A DNA stretch of 44,709 bases, taken from positions 1-44,709 of the IMG/VR virus record IMGVR_UViG_3300017716_001690, one strand, 5' to 3'. Below, piece by piece: positions 35,661 through 44,202 of the stretch; within the stretch, counting starts at the first letter, position 1; each line of letters opens with the position of its first letter. The notes beneath the pieces were generated by a model, which worked only from the letters and a program-made list of their open reading frames with translations, was not told where the DNA came from and did not search any database. Origin of the DNA: a virus. Its lineage: Duplodnaviria > Caudoviricetes. The translations under genes and the position numbers were made by a program.

Positions 35661-36264
35661 CGGTGATAACCTTTCGCGGGAAGCATGTTAGGGCGGTGCG
35701 GCGTGACGCGTTGATGACTTCGACGCCGCGCGCGGCAAGCGCCGGGGCGACACGTTCGAAGGCTTCGCGCCACACGGCGAACGCCTGCGGTGACGGGTTG
35801 GACATGGGCGGCGGGTGATCGCCGTCGAAATGGGACGCCCCGGCGTCGGACGGCTTAAGGTCCAACCCAAGGAACGTGACTTTGCGAACGCCTCGCAACA
35901 TGGCAATTCCCAACGCCTGAAACGAAGAGTTCGCCCCTTCGTATATCGGGTACGAATTAGCGATTGCCGCGCCTTGCTTGGTCGCCAATAGCGAAACGCC
36001 GGGCGGCGGCGGGGTGTGTACCCATTGCGTGTTGCGCGCACTGGCGAGCCGTTCCCCTTTGAATTCGTCGGCGGACGGCGCGCGGCGGAACCACCATTGC
36101 GCGTCGGCGGCGTACAGGGTGTCGGCTTTGGGGCAAAGCTTCCACGCGTTATTGACGACGATTACCCGGCGCGCGGCTAGGCGCGCGTAATCCGCGTCGG
36201 CGCGCGTCAGCGACGGACCGGACGCGATAATGCAAACGGTTTGCCCGTCCCATTCATTCGCCAT
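35647..36264 (-). CDS. Maf/DUF115 (CstII-like) putative glycosyltransferase
   Basis: VCIIASGPSL, VIVVNN, LYAAD..WW, GANSSFQALGIA, TFLGLDL, HFDGDH, EVINAS. Confidence 0.7.
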   Translation of the reverse strand: MANEWDGQTVCIIASGPSLTRADADYARLAARRVIVVNNAWKLCPKADTLYAADAQWWFRRAPSADEFKGERLASARNTQWVHTPPPPGVSLLATKQGAAIANSYPIYEGANSSFQALGIAMLRGVRKVTFLGLDLKPSDAGASHFDGDHPPPMSNPSPQAFAVWREAFERVAPALAARGVEVINASRRTALTCFPRKVITDALP

Positions 36265-36279
36265 TGGGAAGCCTCAGAG

Positions 36280-36318
36280 ACAAACACGCCGCCGTGCGGA
36301 AGGGTACACACGGCGGCG
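36280..36318 (-). terminator. hairpin/terminator between the capsid genes and the glycosyltransferase cluster
   Basis: CGCCGCCGTG...CACGGCGGCG stem followed on the minus strand by TGTTTGT. Confidence 0.5.
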
Positions 36319-36344
36319 CGCTATGACGGCCGGAAATCGGGCGA

Positions 36345-36728
36345 TTAGCCCTTGTTCACGTATGCCGTATCGGTTGCCGGAGTCGAGTCTTTCTTTTCGA
36401 AGACCAGAACGGCATGGTACGCGTTCGGCGACTTTTCGTCGGTGATCGTTGCCGAAACGTGGGTGTACGGCGTCGACGCGTTGAACGAACCGAGTTCTTC
36501 GATCAGCGCCGTAACGGCGGCGGCATAGTCGCCGGTTACGGACGAACCAAGGTTGGCGGCGTTCGAACCGGCAACGTCGGTCGCTTTGCGAAGTTGGATC
36601 GTGACTTCGTTTGACGGCGACGACGCGTACAGCGCGCGGACGATACCCGTAACGGCTTTCATGCCGCTAATCGGATTCCACACGGCGGGGTCGGCGGTCT
36701 TGATCAGTTCAGAAAGGCGTGCAGTCAT
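36345..36728 (-). CDS. putative capsid decoration / virion protein
   Basis: 127-aa Ser/Thr/Ala-rich ORF immediately downstream of the MCP. Confidence 0.6.
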   Translation of the reverse strand: MTARLSELIKTADPAVWNPISGMKAVTGIVRALYASSPSNEVTIQLRKATDVAGSNAANLGSSVTGDYAAAVTALIEELGSFNASTPYTHVSATITDEKSPNAYHAVLVFEKKDSTPATDTAYVNKG

Positions 36729-36800
36729 TTTCGTTTTCTTTCGTGTTTTGGACCGATGCCGCCCGGCGATTATACCGGGCGGCTAGGCGGCGTGGCTTCG

Positions 36801-38126
36801 TTAGGCGGCAAGCACAACGAAGGGCGACGACGTGCGACCGTCTTGACCTTCGAACGGTTCCGTCAGCCACGGCTTACCGTCAACGTTCGTGAACGCTTTC
36901 ACGACGGTCTTGTTGCTGAGGAAGTAGACGTGTTCGCTGTAGGCGATGAACGGACCCGAACCGTCTTTGATCAGGTACCCGGTCAGGTCGACAAGGGCGA
37001 CGTCACCGCGAGCGCCGACAGCCGGCGAACGTTCCGACCAAATGACCGGATAGCCGAACAGCGAATCGGGGATTGCCGATTGCATGTTGCCTTGCGTGAA
37101 CACGTACGCGCCTTGACCCGCGCCGCCGCTGTTGTCCTGAATCTGAGCGATGACAGGAAGAAGCGCGCGGTTGATGATCCAGACCGGCGAACCGCCGAGC
37201 ATGAGCAGGCGCGCGAGCATTTCGACAAGATCGGCGTACTTCACCGTGCTTGCGGTCGTGCGCGCTTGTGCGTACGCAGCGCCGGAACCGATGAAGCCTT
37301 GCGGCTTGCCGATACCGTTGCCGGAAATGAACGCTGCGTCTTCCGCGTACGCGAGCGCGCGGGGAAGTTGCGAAGCGACGTACGCGCCAGCCGCCGCGCT
37401 GTTGCGCAGCAGTTTGTCAGTCATGACGATGTGCCCGGCGACTTCCTGCGGTTTCAGGGAGACGAGACGGAAATCGGCGTCAGTTTCCGGCTTCGCGCCG
37501 CCTTCCGCGATCCACGACACCGAGACGCCACCATAGACGTTATTGGGTGACGTGCCGGTTTGGTCGAGCGCCGGAATGTCGATTTCGGCGTCAGCAGGCG
37601 TACCGGCGGGAATGACCGTGGCGCGCGAACGGACGATCGACTGCGGGCCAGCAACGGCCATGATCGTTGCGCGGAATTGCGTCGGAATCATGAAGCCGCC
37701 GGATTGGCCGGTGTCCATACGTTGTTCGGCGCGCACGTCGCCGTCGTCACGGAATTCGCGACGCGAACGGAACAGCGCGGCAAGGCGCGCGTCATTCGGG
37801 TTGCAGATCGCAGCGCCGCAGAATTCCGCGAGGGTTTCGAATTCCTTCGGCTGTTCAGCGCCGCGCATGGGAACCGTGCGACCGGCGGCGACCGGCGTTG
37901 CGGCGGGCGTGGCGGCGACAGCGGCGGCGGGAGCCGTGCGACGGGCAAGCACTTCCGCGCGGCGCGCGGCGATGTTTGCGGACGCTTCGGCGGCGTGGTC
38001 GATCGCGTCGAGTTCCGCTTTCAGACCGTCAAACTTGACGGTTTCGTCGGCGGTCAGGTCGCGAGTTTCGGCTTCGGCAGCGGCAAGAATCGCTTCCATC
38101 GCCGCAATGAGTTGAGCACGATTCAT
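36801..38126 (-). CDS. major capsid protein, HK97 fold with N-terminal delta domain
   Basis: AEAETRDLTADE..FD, GGFMIP, WIAEG, AEDAAFISGNGIGKPQG, SLFGYPV. Confidence 0.93.
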   Translation of the reverse strand: MNRAQLIAAMEAILAAAEAETRDLTADETVKFDGLKAELDAIDHAAEASANIAARRAEVLARRTAPAAAVAATPAATPVAAGRTVPMRGAEQPKEFETLAEFCGAAICNPNDARLAALFRSRREFRDDGDVRAEQRMDTGQSGGFMIPTQFRATIMAVAGPQSIVRSRATVIPAGTPADAEIDIPALDQTGTSPNNVYGGVSVSWIAEGGAKPETDADFRLVSLKPQEVAGHIVMTDKLLRNSAAAGAYVASQLPRALAYAEDAAFISGNGIGKPQGFIGSGAAYAQARTTASTVKYADLVEMLARLLMLGGSPVWIINRALLPVIAQIQDNSGGAGQGAYVFTQGNMQSAIPDSLFGYPVIWSERSPAVGARGDVALVDLTGYLIKDGSGPFIAYSEHVYFLSNKTVVKAFTNVDGKPWLTEPFEGQDGRTSSPFVVLAA

Positions 38127-39037
38127 GTGCGCTTGTTTCCTTTAGCTTTGAGCAGGTCGATAGACTTACGCGCACGGGTTGCCTGCATTCCCGTTGCGTT
38201 GTTTGCGGTGTATGCCGCAAAGGTTTCGGACATGGCGCGCACCTTGTCAACCATGCCTAGCAGTTGGGCGCGCTTGGCGCTATAGACGCCCGCCCATTCT
38301 GCCGTAAAGTTTGCCTTGTCGACACCGCGACCGGCGACGACGTCCGCCGTAAATTGCGCGTACGAATCCTTGACGTACTGGCGCAAGCGCGGTTCGTATT
38401 TCTCAGAGTTCGGCCACATGCCCCACCCGTCGGCTTTGTCCGCAGGTTCAGCGATCGGCGTGTACGTAATGCCGAGTTCCGACCAAAACTTTTGCTCGTC
38501 AACGGCCATCGTGATAACACCGCACGCGCCGACGGTCGCCGACGGTGCGGCGCAAATTTCGTCCGCGCCTGAACAAAGCCAATAGGCCGCGCTGCACATT
38601 GTCCAATCGGCATGTGCGATAATCGGTTTCTTACCGCGAAGCGAGCGGATCAGGTTGGCGGCTTCCGTCACACCTTCGACAGACCCGCCGCCGGAATCGA
38701 CGTCGAGTACGACAGCCTTTATCCGCTTGTCTTCCACGGCGACGCGCACACGTTCGGCGACGTTCTCGCAACCGACTTCGCCGTACATCGCCGAATACCG
38801 ATCTTCGCGCGGAATGATCGAACCGCGAACGCCGATGATTGCAACCGCGCCGTCTTTCATCGCAAGCGAACGCTCCGTACGCGGGTCGATCCGCGCGACG
38901 ACGGACGCCATGACGGACGGTTGCAGCATGGAGCACACGTTACCGAACCCGGCGATACGCGACAGGCGTTGACGCATTGTGACGCCTTGCGCGTCGGGCG
39001 CGTCGAGTTGTTCGTTTGGGTTGGTCGGGTTACTCAT
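38123..39037 (-). CDS. prohead protease, S49 (SppA-like) family
   Basis: VAIIGVRGSI, VVLDVDSGGG, MCSAAYWL, VGACGV, GMVDKV; probable ATG 39037 overlapping the portal 3' end. Confidence 0.88.
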   Translation of the reverse strand: MSNPTNPNEQLDAPDAQGVTMRQRLSRIAGFGNVCSMLQPSVMASVVARIDPRTERSLAMKDGAVAIIGVRGSIIPREDRYSAMYGEVGCENVAERVRVAVEDKRIKAVVLDVDSGGGSVEGVTEAANLIRSLRGKKPIIAHADWTMCSAAYWLCSGADEICAAPSATVGACGVITMAVDEQKFWSELGITYTPIAEPADKADGWGMWPNSEKYEPRLRQYVKDSYAQFTADVVAGRGVDKANFTAEWAGVYSAKRAQLLGMVDKVRAMSETFAAYTANNATGMQATRARKSIDLLKAKGNKRT

Positions 39038-40355
39038 CTGCGGTATCATCCTCGCTTGTATCGGGTGATTCAATATCGGCGGCGCTTCCATCGGCGACGC
39101 CGCCGGGCGCGGTCTTCTCGACCATTTCGTCAAGACCCGGAAGCGGGTTCAGTCCGTCACTGTGTCGCGCTTCGTTGCGCGTGCGCCACGGTCCGCCGCA
39201 AGCAATGTTGTTCACGTTCGCGCGCGACAGCGCGTCGCCGACAAGCAACACGGACTCGTCAATGTCGATTTCGTAACCGTCGGCGCGTTCCTCCGCCGTC
39301 AGCAGTTTGCGGGTCATTTCGTCTTGCATCGAGACGACAAGCGGGCGGATCGTCTGATTTACAAAACCGATCATGAGTTGTTCGATACCGGTTCCCCACA
39401 CCGTCGACCCTTGCAGCGATTGCAGCAGCACAAGCGGCACGCGGTACATGCGCGCGACTTCGGCGATTTGGAATTCTCGCGTGCCCAAAAATTGCGCCTG
39501 TTCCGGCGGAATTGTTGTGGCGATGAATTTCATTCCCTCTTCCAGCACCGTCAAGCGGTGATGTTCTTTACCGGACGAAATACCTTTTCCGTCTTGTGCA
39601 AGGTCTTTCTTTCCGGTGCGCTTTGCCTGATCTTCAAGGCTTGACCGCACGTTGGCTTTTGCGTCGGCGGAAAGCTTGCCGGGGTGCATGAGCACGCCGC
39701 CCGACATGGCGTCGTTTTTGAAGAATTCAGCGCCGAACTTTTCAGCCGCGAGCGCGAGCGCGAGCCCTTCGCGCGCGGCGTCGACCGGCGACAGACCCGT
39801 AAAGCCGTTCAGCGACAGGCGGCGGAAGTGCACGACGTCGCCGGGGTCAAGGTCAACGGATTGCTTGCCGACGATCGTACGATACGACGCGACGCCCCGG
39901 CGTCCGGGTTCGGCGAATTCCATTGCCTGCGTCACTTCGGAATCGAGCGGCCACAATGCGACCGGTGCGCCGCTCGCGCCGCGTTCGATTTGCCAGTACC
40001 CGTCGCCCCAAAGTCCGCCTTGGAATACGGCTTGGTTCAGCAGGTTTGGCATACCGAGCCCGGCGGGCGTGTTCGGTTCCATGAGCATCAAGGCAATTGG
40101 GTGATCAGTCACCTTCCGGCGCGCTTCGCCTTCGCGCTTGTAAAGCGCCACGGGGCATTGTGCAATCTGTTCAGTGACCAACGAGTTTGCCGCCCAAACG
40201 GCGGGGATTGTGATCGCGGCAAATTCCGAAACGCGAAGCCCCGCGTTTGTTTTGCGCCCGGTCCCAATGATATTGAAAACGGCGTTGTTCTCAACAGTGT
40301 TCCAGCTATCGCCCGCGATAATGCGGGCGGCGGACGCGCGAAGTTTCTTAAACAC
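39030..40355 (-). CDS. portal protein, HK97 family
   Basis: IPAVWAA, HPIALML..PN, DVVHFR, GLSPV, VLEEGMKF, AQFLGTR, TRNEAR..GLNPL. Confidence 0.93.
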   Translation of the reverse strand: MFKKLRASAARIIAGDSWNTVENNAVFNIIGTGRKTNAGLRVSEFAAITIPAVWAANSLVTEQIAQCPVALYKREGEARRKVTDHPIALMLMEPNTPAGLGMPNLLNQAVFQGGLWGDGYWQIERGASGAPVALWPLDSEVTQAMEFAEPGRRGVASYRTIVGKQSVDLDPGDVVHFRRLSLNGFTGLSPVDAAREGLALALAAEKFGAEFFKNDAMSGGVLMHPGKLSADAKANVRSSLEDQAKRTGKKDLAQDGKGISSGKEHHRLTVLEEGMKFIATTIPPEQAQFLGTREFQIAEVARMYRVPLVLLQSLQGSTVWGTGIEQLMIGFVNQTIRPLVVSMQDEMTRKLLTAEERADGYEIDIDESVLLVGDALSRANVNNIACGGPWRTRNEARHSDGLNPLPGLDEMVEKTAPGGVADGSAADIESPDTSEDDTADE

Positions 40356-42069
40356 TGATTACGCCCCTTGATTCATAAACCGACGGTCCGTCTTCCGTGA
40401 AGTCATCGCCGATACCGATTGCAATAATGGTCGCGACGATACCGTCAATTCGCTTCGACGCCTCGCCTTTAACCGGTTTCATGTTTTCGGCGGCGTCTTT
40501 CTGAACGGCGACGTTTCGTGCGTTCCACCTAAGCACCGGGTGCGCGCCGTGGTCAAATCGTTTTTGCAGTATGATACGTTCAAGGAACTTTGTCGGTCCC
40601 GTCATGCTCGCGTATCCTTGCCCGAACATTTCGACTTCGTGCCCCGCGTTCGTCAACTGTGTCGCAATTTGGGTCGCGTTCCAGCGGTCGATTCCGATCT
40701 TGCGAATATCGAACCATTCGGCGTGTTCCTCGATATCGCGGAATATCGCGGCATAGTCCGTTACGTCGCCGTCGGTCAAGCATAGCGCGCCGACGTCGGC
40801 GGCGGCTTGGTAATCGAACTTATCGCGCTTTATCCGCGCTTTCATGTCTTCTTCGTTCTCACCACGCGGAAGGAAGAAGCGCGGCAACGCGTACCACACG
40901 CCGCCCGGTTCATCCAGCGGGAAGACATACACGACGGACGCAAGGTCGGTAGTTGACGCCAAGTCGATACCGACGGTGCAGGCGCGACCCTGCAACAGAT
41001 ACCGGAAGTGCGACCACCGATTGTTATACGACGACGTCACCGACTTGTATATGACCGGCAACGGGTCGACGTCGCCCGCGATCTTCGCGAACTCGCCAAC
41101 GCCTTGCCCGCCGAATAGGTCCAACCCGCAACGATCGTACTTCGCCATGTCAAGCCAAACGGTCGCCTGATCAACCCAAAGGTTCAAGAGGTAACGCTTG
41201 ACGTCGTTTTGCTTGCGCGGGTTTTGTTTCGCCTTCTCGATTTCGGACCGTATGAAATCCAGCTTGACCGTATGACCTAGCGCCGGGTTTGATTCCTTGA
41301 TCGCCTCGTCAGTCGTCCAATAGTTCGCCTCTTCCTGATCACGCTTCGGGTCCGCGCTCGCGATAAATACGTACGTATCCTCCGCGTGAATTTCGCCGTT
41401 CAAGATCGCTTCGCAAAGTTGATAGTGTTCCCAACCGACGCCGTCGCGCTTGCCCGCCGTGCTGATCAGGAAGTCCATAGGTTGACGGCGCGTACCCTGC
41501 GATTGCTTGACGAACGTGTATAGATCGTCGCTAGGCCATTCGTGTAACTCGTCACCGACGACGCCCGACGCGTTCAAGCCGTGCTTGCCTTGCGCCTTGC
41601 CGGTCAACGCGCGGCGCACCGCGCCCAATGACTCGACCCATATTCCGGTCTTGAGCGGCAACGCTTCGCGCGACATGGTCGGCGACATATCGACCATACG
41701 CGACGCGAAGTTGAAAACGATTTCCGCTTGTTCCTCAGTCGACGCGATACAGTAGACTTGCCCGCCGGGTTCGCCGTCGCCGAACAACAGCAACAGCGCG
41801 ACGCCCGCCGCAAGCGTCGACTTGGAATTCTTACGCGGTATCCAGATATAGACGACGCGGAAACGTCGCGTGCCGTCTTGTCGCTTCCATCCGAATATGT
41901 CGCTGATAATCTCCGCGCACCACGGCATGAGTTCGAACGGTTGCCCCGCCCATTCGCCTTCAAACAAACGAAGGTGTTTCGGAAAGAACTTGACCGCGCG
42001 CCGCGCCGCCTTCGCGTCGTAATAATACTTCCCGTCCATATCGGACGGTATGGTTTTCCGAATACCCAT
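40348..42069 (-). CDS. terL: terminase large subunit (Terminase_1 family)
   Basis: RRFR, IPRKNSKS (Walker A), VGDELH (Walker B), ISTAG, GIDLAS, DRWNA, RIDGIVA. Confidence 0.95.
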   Translation of the reverse strand: MGIRKTIPSDMDGKYYYDAKAARRAVKFFPKHLRLFEGEWAGQPFELMPWCAEIISDIFGWKRQDGTRRFRVVYIWIPRKNSKSTLAAGVALLLLFGDGEPGGQVYCIASTEEQAEIVFNFASRMVDMSPTMSREALPLKTGIWVESLGAVRRALTGKAQGKHGLNASGVVGDELHEWPSDDLYTFVKQSQGTRRQPMDFLISTAGKRDGVGWEHYQLCEAILNGEIHAEDTYVFIASADPKRDQEEANYWTTDEAIKESNPALGHTVKLDFIRSEIEKAKQNPRKQNDVKRYLLNLWVDQATVWLDMAKYDRCGLDLFGGQGVGEFAKIAGDVDPLPVIYKSVTSSYNNRWSHFRYLLQGRACTVGIDLASTTDLASVVYVFPLDEPGGVWYALPRFFLPRGENEEDMKARIKRDKFDYQAAADVGALCLTDGDVTDYAAIFRDIEEHAEWFDIRKIGIDRWNATQIATQLTNAGHEVEMFGQGYASMTGPTKFLERIILQKRFDHGAHPVLRWNARNVAVQKDAAENMKPVKGEASKRIDGIVATIIAIGIGDDFTEDGPSVYESRGVISV

Positions 42070-42072
42070 GCG

Positions 42073-42405
42073 TTACGGCTTTTTCGGACCAAGCAACCGG
42101 CGGCGATGCGCTTCGATTTCGGCGCGCGTCGGGAGCGGTGCGGGGCGTACGTTGTCGGTGTATATCGTCTTCCGCATCACGACGGGGTACGCGGGCATAG
42201 GCGGCAACTCGATATCGCGCATGTCGTCAAGGTCGCGCAACTCTTCCAGCACCTTCAACACGCGGGCAAGTTCCTTCGTACGCGCGGCGGCGATGCGAGG
42301 ATTCTTCGGCTTGGTCTTGCCGAACACGTACATAATATAATTCGTTTCCGCTTGTGCGCGGGCGCGGTCCGGGTCGGCGGGGTGCAGGCGGCGCTTATTC
42401 GTCAT
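42073..42405 (-). CDS. hypothetical protein between TerS and TerL
   Basis: ~110-aa ORF overlapping the TerS end and stopping 3 nt before the TerL ATG. Confidence 0.55.
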   Translation of the reverse strand: MTNKRRLHPADPDRARAQAETNYIMYVFGKTKPKNPRIAAARTKELARVLKVLEELRDLDDMRDIELPPMPAYPVVMRKTIYTDNVRPAPLPTRAEIEAHRRRLLGPKKP

Positions 42406-42985
42406 CGTCATCACGGTTCAGGAAGCCAACCGCGCCGTTCGGTTTGGCGCGTTCACGTCCGCCCAATTGCGGAAGGTCTTTCACGTATTGCATGATCCGC
42501 TTTTGCACTTCGATCCGTGCTTTCGGGTTCAAGCCTAGTTCTTTCTCAAGTCCCGATATCGCCGTTTCAAGCGAAGCGCGCGCGCGAAGCAACGGGTTTG
42601 CCTTGGTTGTTTCGCCGCCCTTCGGTCCGGTGTCGATAAGGATCATTCCCATATCGTCAATATCGTCGGTCATGACAACCCATTCCGACACGTAGCGACA
42701 GTATCGCGCAAGTGATATTTCGTCGCCTTGCCGAAGCTGGCGCGCTTGGACAAGCAACGGCGCGAGCGACGCCCAAGCCTGTAGCGCCAGCACGCCGACC
42801 GTTCCTTTTTTCCCGGCAAGCCAATCGGGCGCGTCGGGAACGTCGGTCAACACGTCGACGTATTCGGCGGCGTCTTCCGGTGCGATAGGCGCGGACGGCG
42901 GCGCGTCGATACGCTCGCGGTTAGGGTTGCCGAGCAATGCGTTTTGCTCCGCCGTCCGTTTCGGTTGTGGTCCGCGTTCGCCCAT
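42395..42985 (-). CDS. terS: terminase small subunit (P27-like)
   Basis: GERGPQPK..LLGNP, APDWL, LARYC, KANPLL, ELGLNPKAR. Confidence 0.88.
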   Translation of the reverse strand: MGERGPQPKRTAEQNALLGNPNRERIDAPPSAPIAPEDAAEYVDVLTDVPDAPDWLAGKKGTVGVLALQAWASLAPLLVQARQLRQGDEISLARYCRYVSEWVVMTDDIDDMGMILIDTGPKGGETTKANPLLRARASLETAISGLEKELGLNPKARIEVQKRIMQYVKDLPQLGGRERAKPNGAVGFLNRDDDDE

Positions 42986-43001
42986 GCGTAAGGCGTGACA
43001 C

Positions 43002-43038
43002 AAAAAAAAACCCGCCGCAAGCCGAAGCCGCAGCGGGT
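43002..43038 (-). terminator. strong intrinsic terminator
   Basis: ACCCGCTGCGGC-TTCG-GCTTGCGGCGGG-T9 on the minus strand (cUUCGg tetraloop, U9 tail). Confidence 0.85.
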
Positions 43039-43081
43039 AGGTTGGCGCGCTCGCGTCGGGAGACTAACGGACGCGCTTAGA

Positions 43082-43300
43082 TCAAGTGGGGTAAACTTCC
43101 AGACCCGGCGTTGTTTTGTATCCGGCAAACTCAAGTCCGGTTTTGAAATAGCCCGCCGCGAGTTCGGCGGCTTCGCCGTTCGGTATGATCGGACCGTCAA
43201 CGAAATTCAGCATTGAACGCGCGGACACAAGCCGCCACGTGACGCGCCAACCGCCGACGACTGCGGCGTATCCGACGCGGTATGTTTTGCTCGCGGTCAT
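43082..43300 (-). CDS. hypothetical protein
   Basis: ATG 43300 with ATGA coupling. Confidence 0.6.
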   Translation of the reverse strand: MTASKTYRVGYAAVVGGWRVTWRLVSARSMLNFVDGPIIPNGEAAELAAGYFKTGLEFAGYKTTPGLEVYPT

Positions 43301-43512
43301 GCGTTGTCGACCTTGTTTGCGAGCGGGAGCAACTTGCGCGCGGCAACCGCGAGCGCGTCCCACTTCTCCGCCGTGCCGTCGTCTTGACACTTCGCGGCGG
43401 CGGATTGCACTTCGCATTGACGGGCGAGCCCGCGAATAACCGAGTGCATATCGGACGTCATGTAAAGCGCGTTGATCATTTCACGCGCGACCGTAACAGA
43501 GTTCGCGGACAT
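43297..43512 (-). CDS. hypothetical protein
   Basis: GAGGA RBS, TAATG coupling. Confidence 0.65.
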   Translation of the reverse strand: MSANSVTVAREMINALYMTSDMHSVIRGLARQCEVQSAAAKCQDDGTAEKWDALAVAARKLLPLANKVDNA

Positions 43513-43661
43513 TAGAAAAGTTCCTCTTCGTTGATCGGGGGAAGGCGTTCGGTCAGCACTTCACGCAACACCGCAAAGTGCGCGGCGCACACTTCGGCGG
43601 GCGTGAGCGGCGCGGGTTGCGCGGCGATTTGTTCGAAGGCGTCGGACCATGTGAGCGGCAT
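43512..43661 (-). CDS. hypothetical protein (MPLTWSDAFEQ..., 49 aa)
   Basis: CAACAGGGAGA RBS; read manually. Confidence 0.6.
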   Translation of the reverse strand: MPLTWSDAFEQIAAQPAPLTPAEVCAAHFAVLREVLTERLPPINEEELF

Positions 43662-43703
43662 TGCGTTGTCTCCCTGTTGATCTAGTGACGGTACACCGGG
43701 CGG

Positions 43704-43719
43704 GTTAAAAGTCTGTTAC
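43704..43719 (-). promoter_or_regulatory. CtrA-like box GTAA-N7-TTAAC
   Basis: GTAA CAGACTT TTAAC upstream of the ATCAACAGGGAGA RBS. Confidence 0.6.
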
Positions 43720-44022
43720 CGACGGGTCAGCCGCGACAGATATTTGCGGAAGTTGTTTGATCAGTTCGGCGCGGATCAACTCAAGTTGCGACGCGCACAA
43801 ATCGGGACGCGGCAACCTTTGATCGAACGGGATTGACCGCAGCGAATGGCGGTTCGCATGTGAAGACCAAAACCCGGTGCGCCGCCATTTGTGCCGGTTG
43901 GACGCGCGCGCTTCGATCGCACATGAAATAATCTCAAGACCGCGCCCGCCGTATTCGTGCAACATGAGTTCGTATACGACTTGCTCGCGGGTCGTTTTCG
44001 GAAGGGTGATTGTGAAGCGCAT
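43705..44022 (-). CDS. hypothetical protein
   Basis: 105 aa, TAATG coupling. Confidence 0.6.
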   Translation of the reverse strand: MRFTITLPKTTREQVVYELMLHEYGGRGLEIISCAIEARASNRHKWRRTGFWSSHANRHSLRSIPFDQRLPRPDLCASQLELIRAELIKQLPQISVAADPSVTDF

Positions 44023-44186
44023 TAGAGCGACGCCGCCACGGCTTCATAGACGAGACGCTGTTGCGCGTCTTCAAGCGCGGCGCGCGCGGCTTGCCGGTCG
44101 GTGTAGTCGAGAACCGCGAGCGTGGCGACTGCCGTTACGGCGGCGGCAATGACGACAAGGGCGGCGTTGGTGATTGCGGATTTCAT
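44022..44186 (-). CDS. small membrane-anchored protein (MKSAITNAALVVIAAAVTAVATLAVL..., 54 aa)
   Basis: N-terminal hydrophobic helix; read manually. Confidence 0.6.
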   Translation of the reverse strand: MKSAITNAALVVIAAAVTAVATLAVLDYTDRQAARAALEDAQQRLVYEAVAASL

Positions 44187-44202
44187 TTGGTGTCTCTCTC
44201 TG

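Noticed and set aside
31743-36264. GT cluster as an O-antigen seroconversion or DNA-glucosylation locus
   Set aside because: No membrane GtrA/B/C-type proteins and no hydroxymethylase; position and coupling within the head operon favour virion modification, though this is not formally excluded
36758-36783. GCCGCCCGG/CCGGGCGGC hairpin after the MCP stop as a terminator
   Set aside because: No U-tract on the minus strand; more likely an mRNA-stabilising stem
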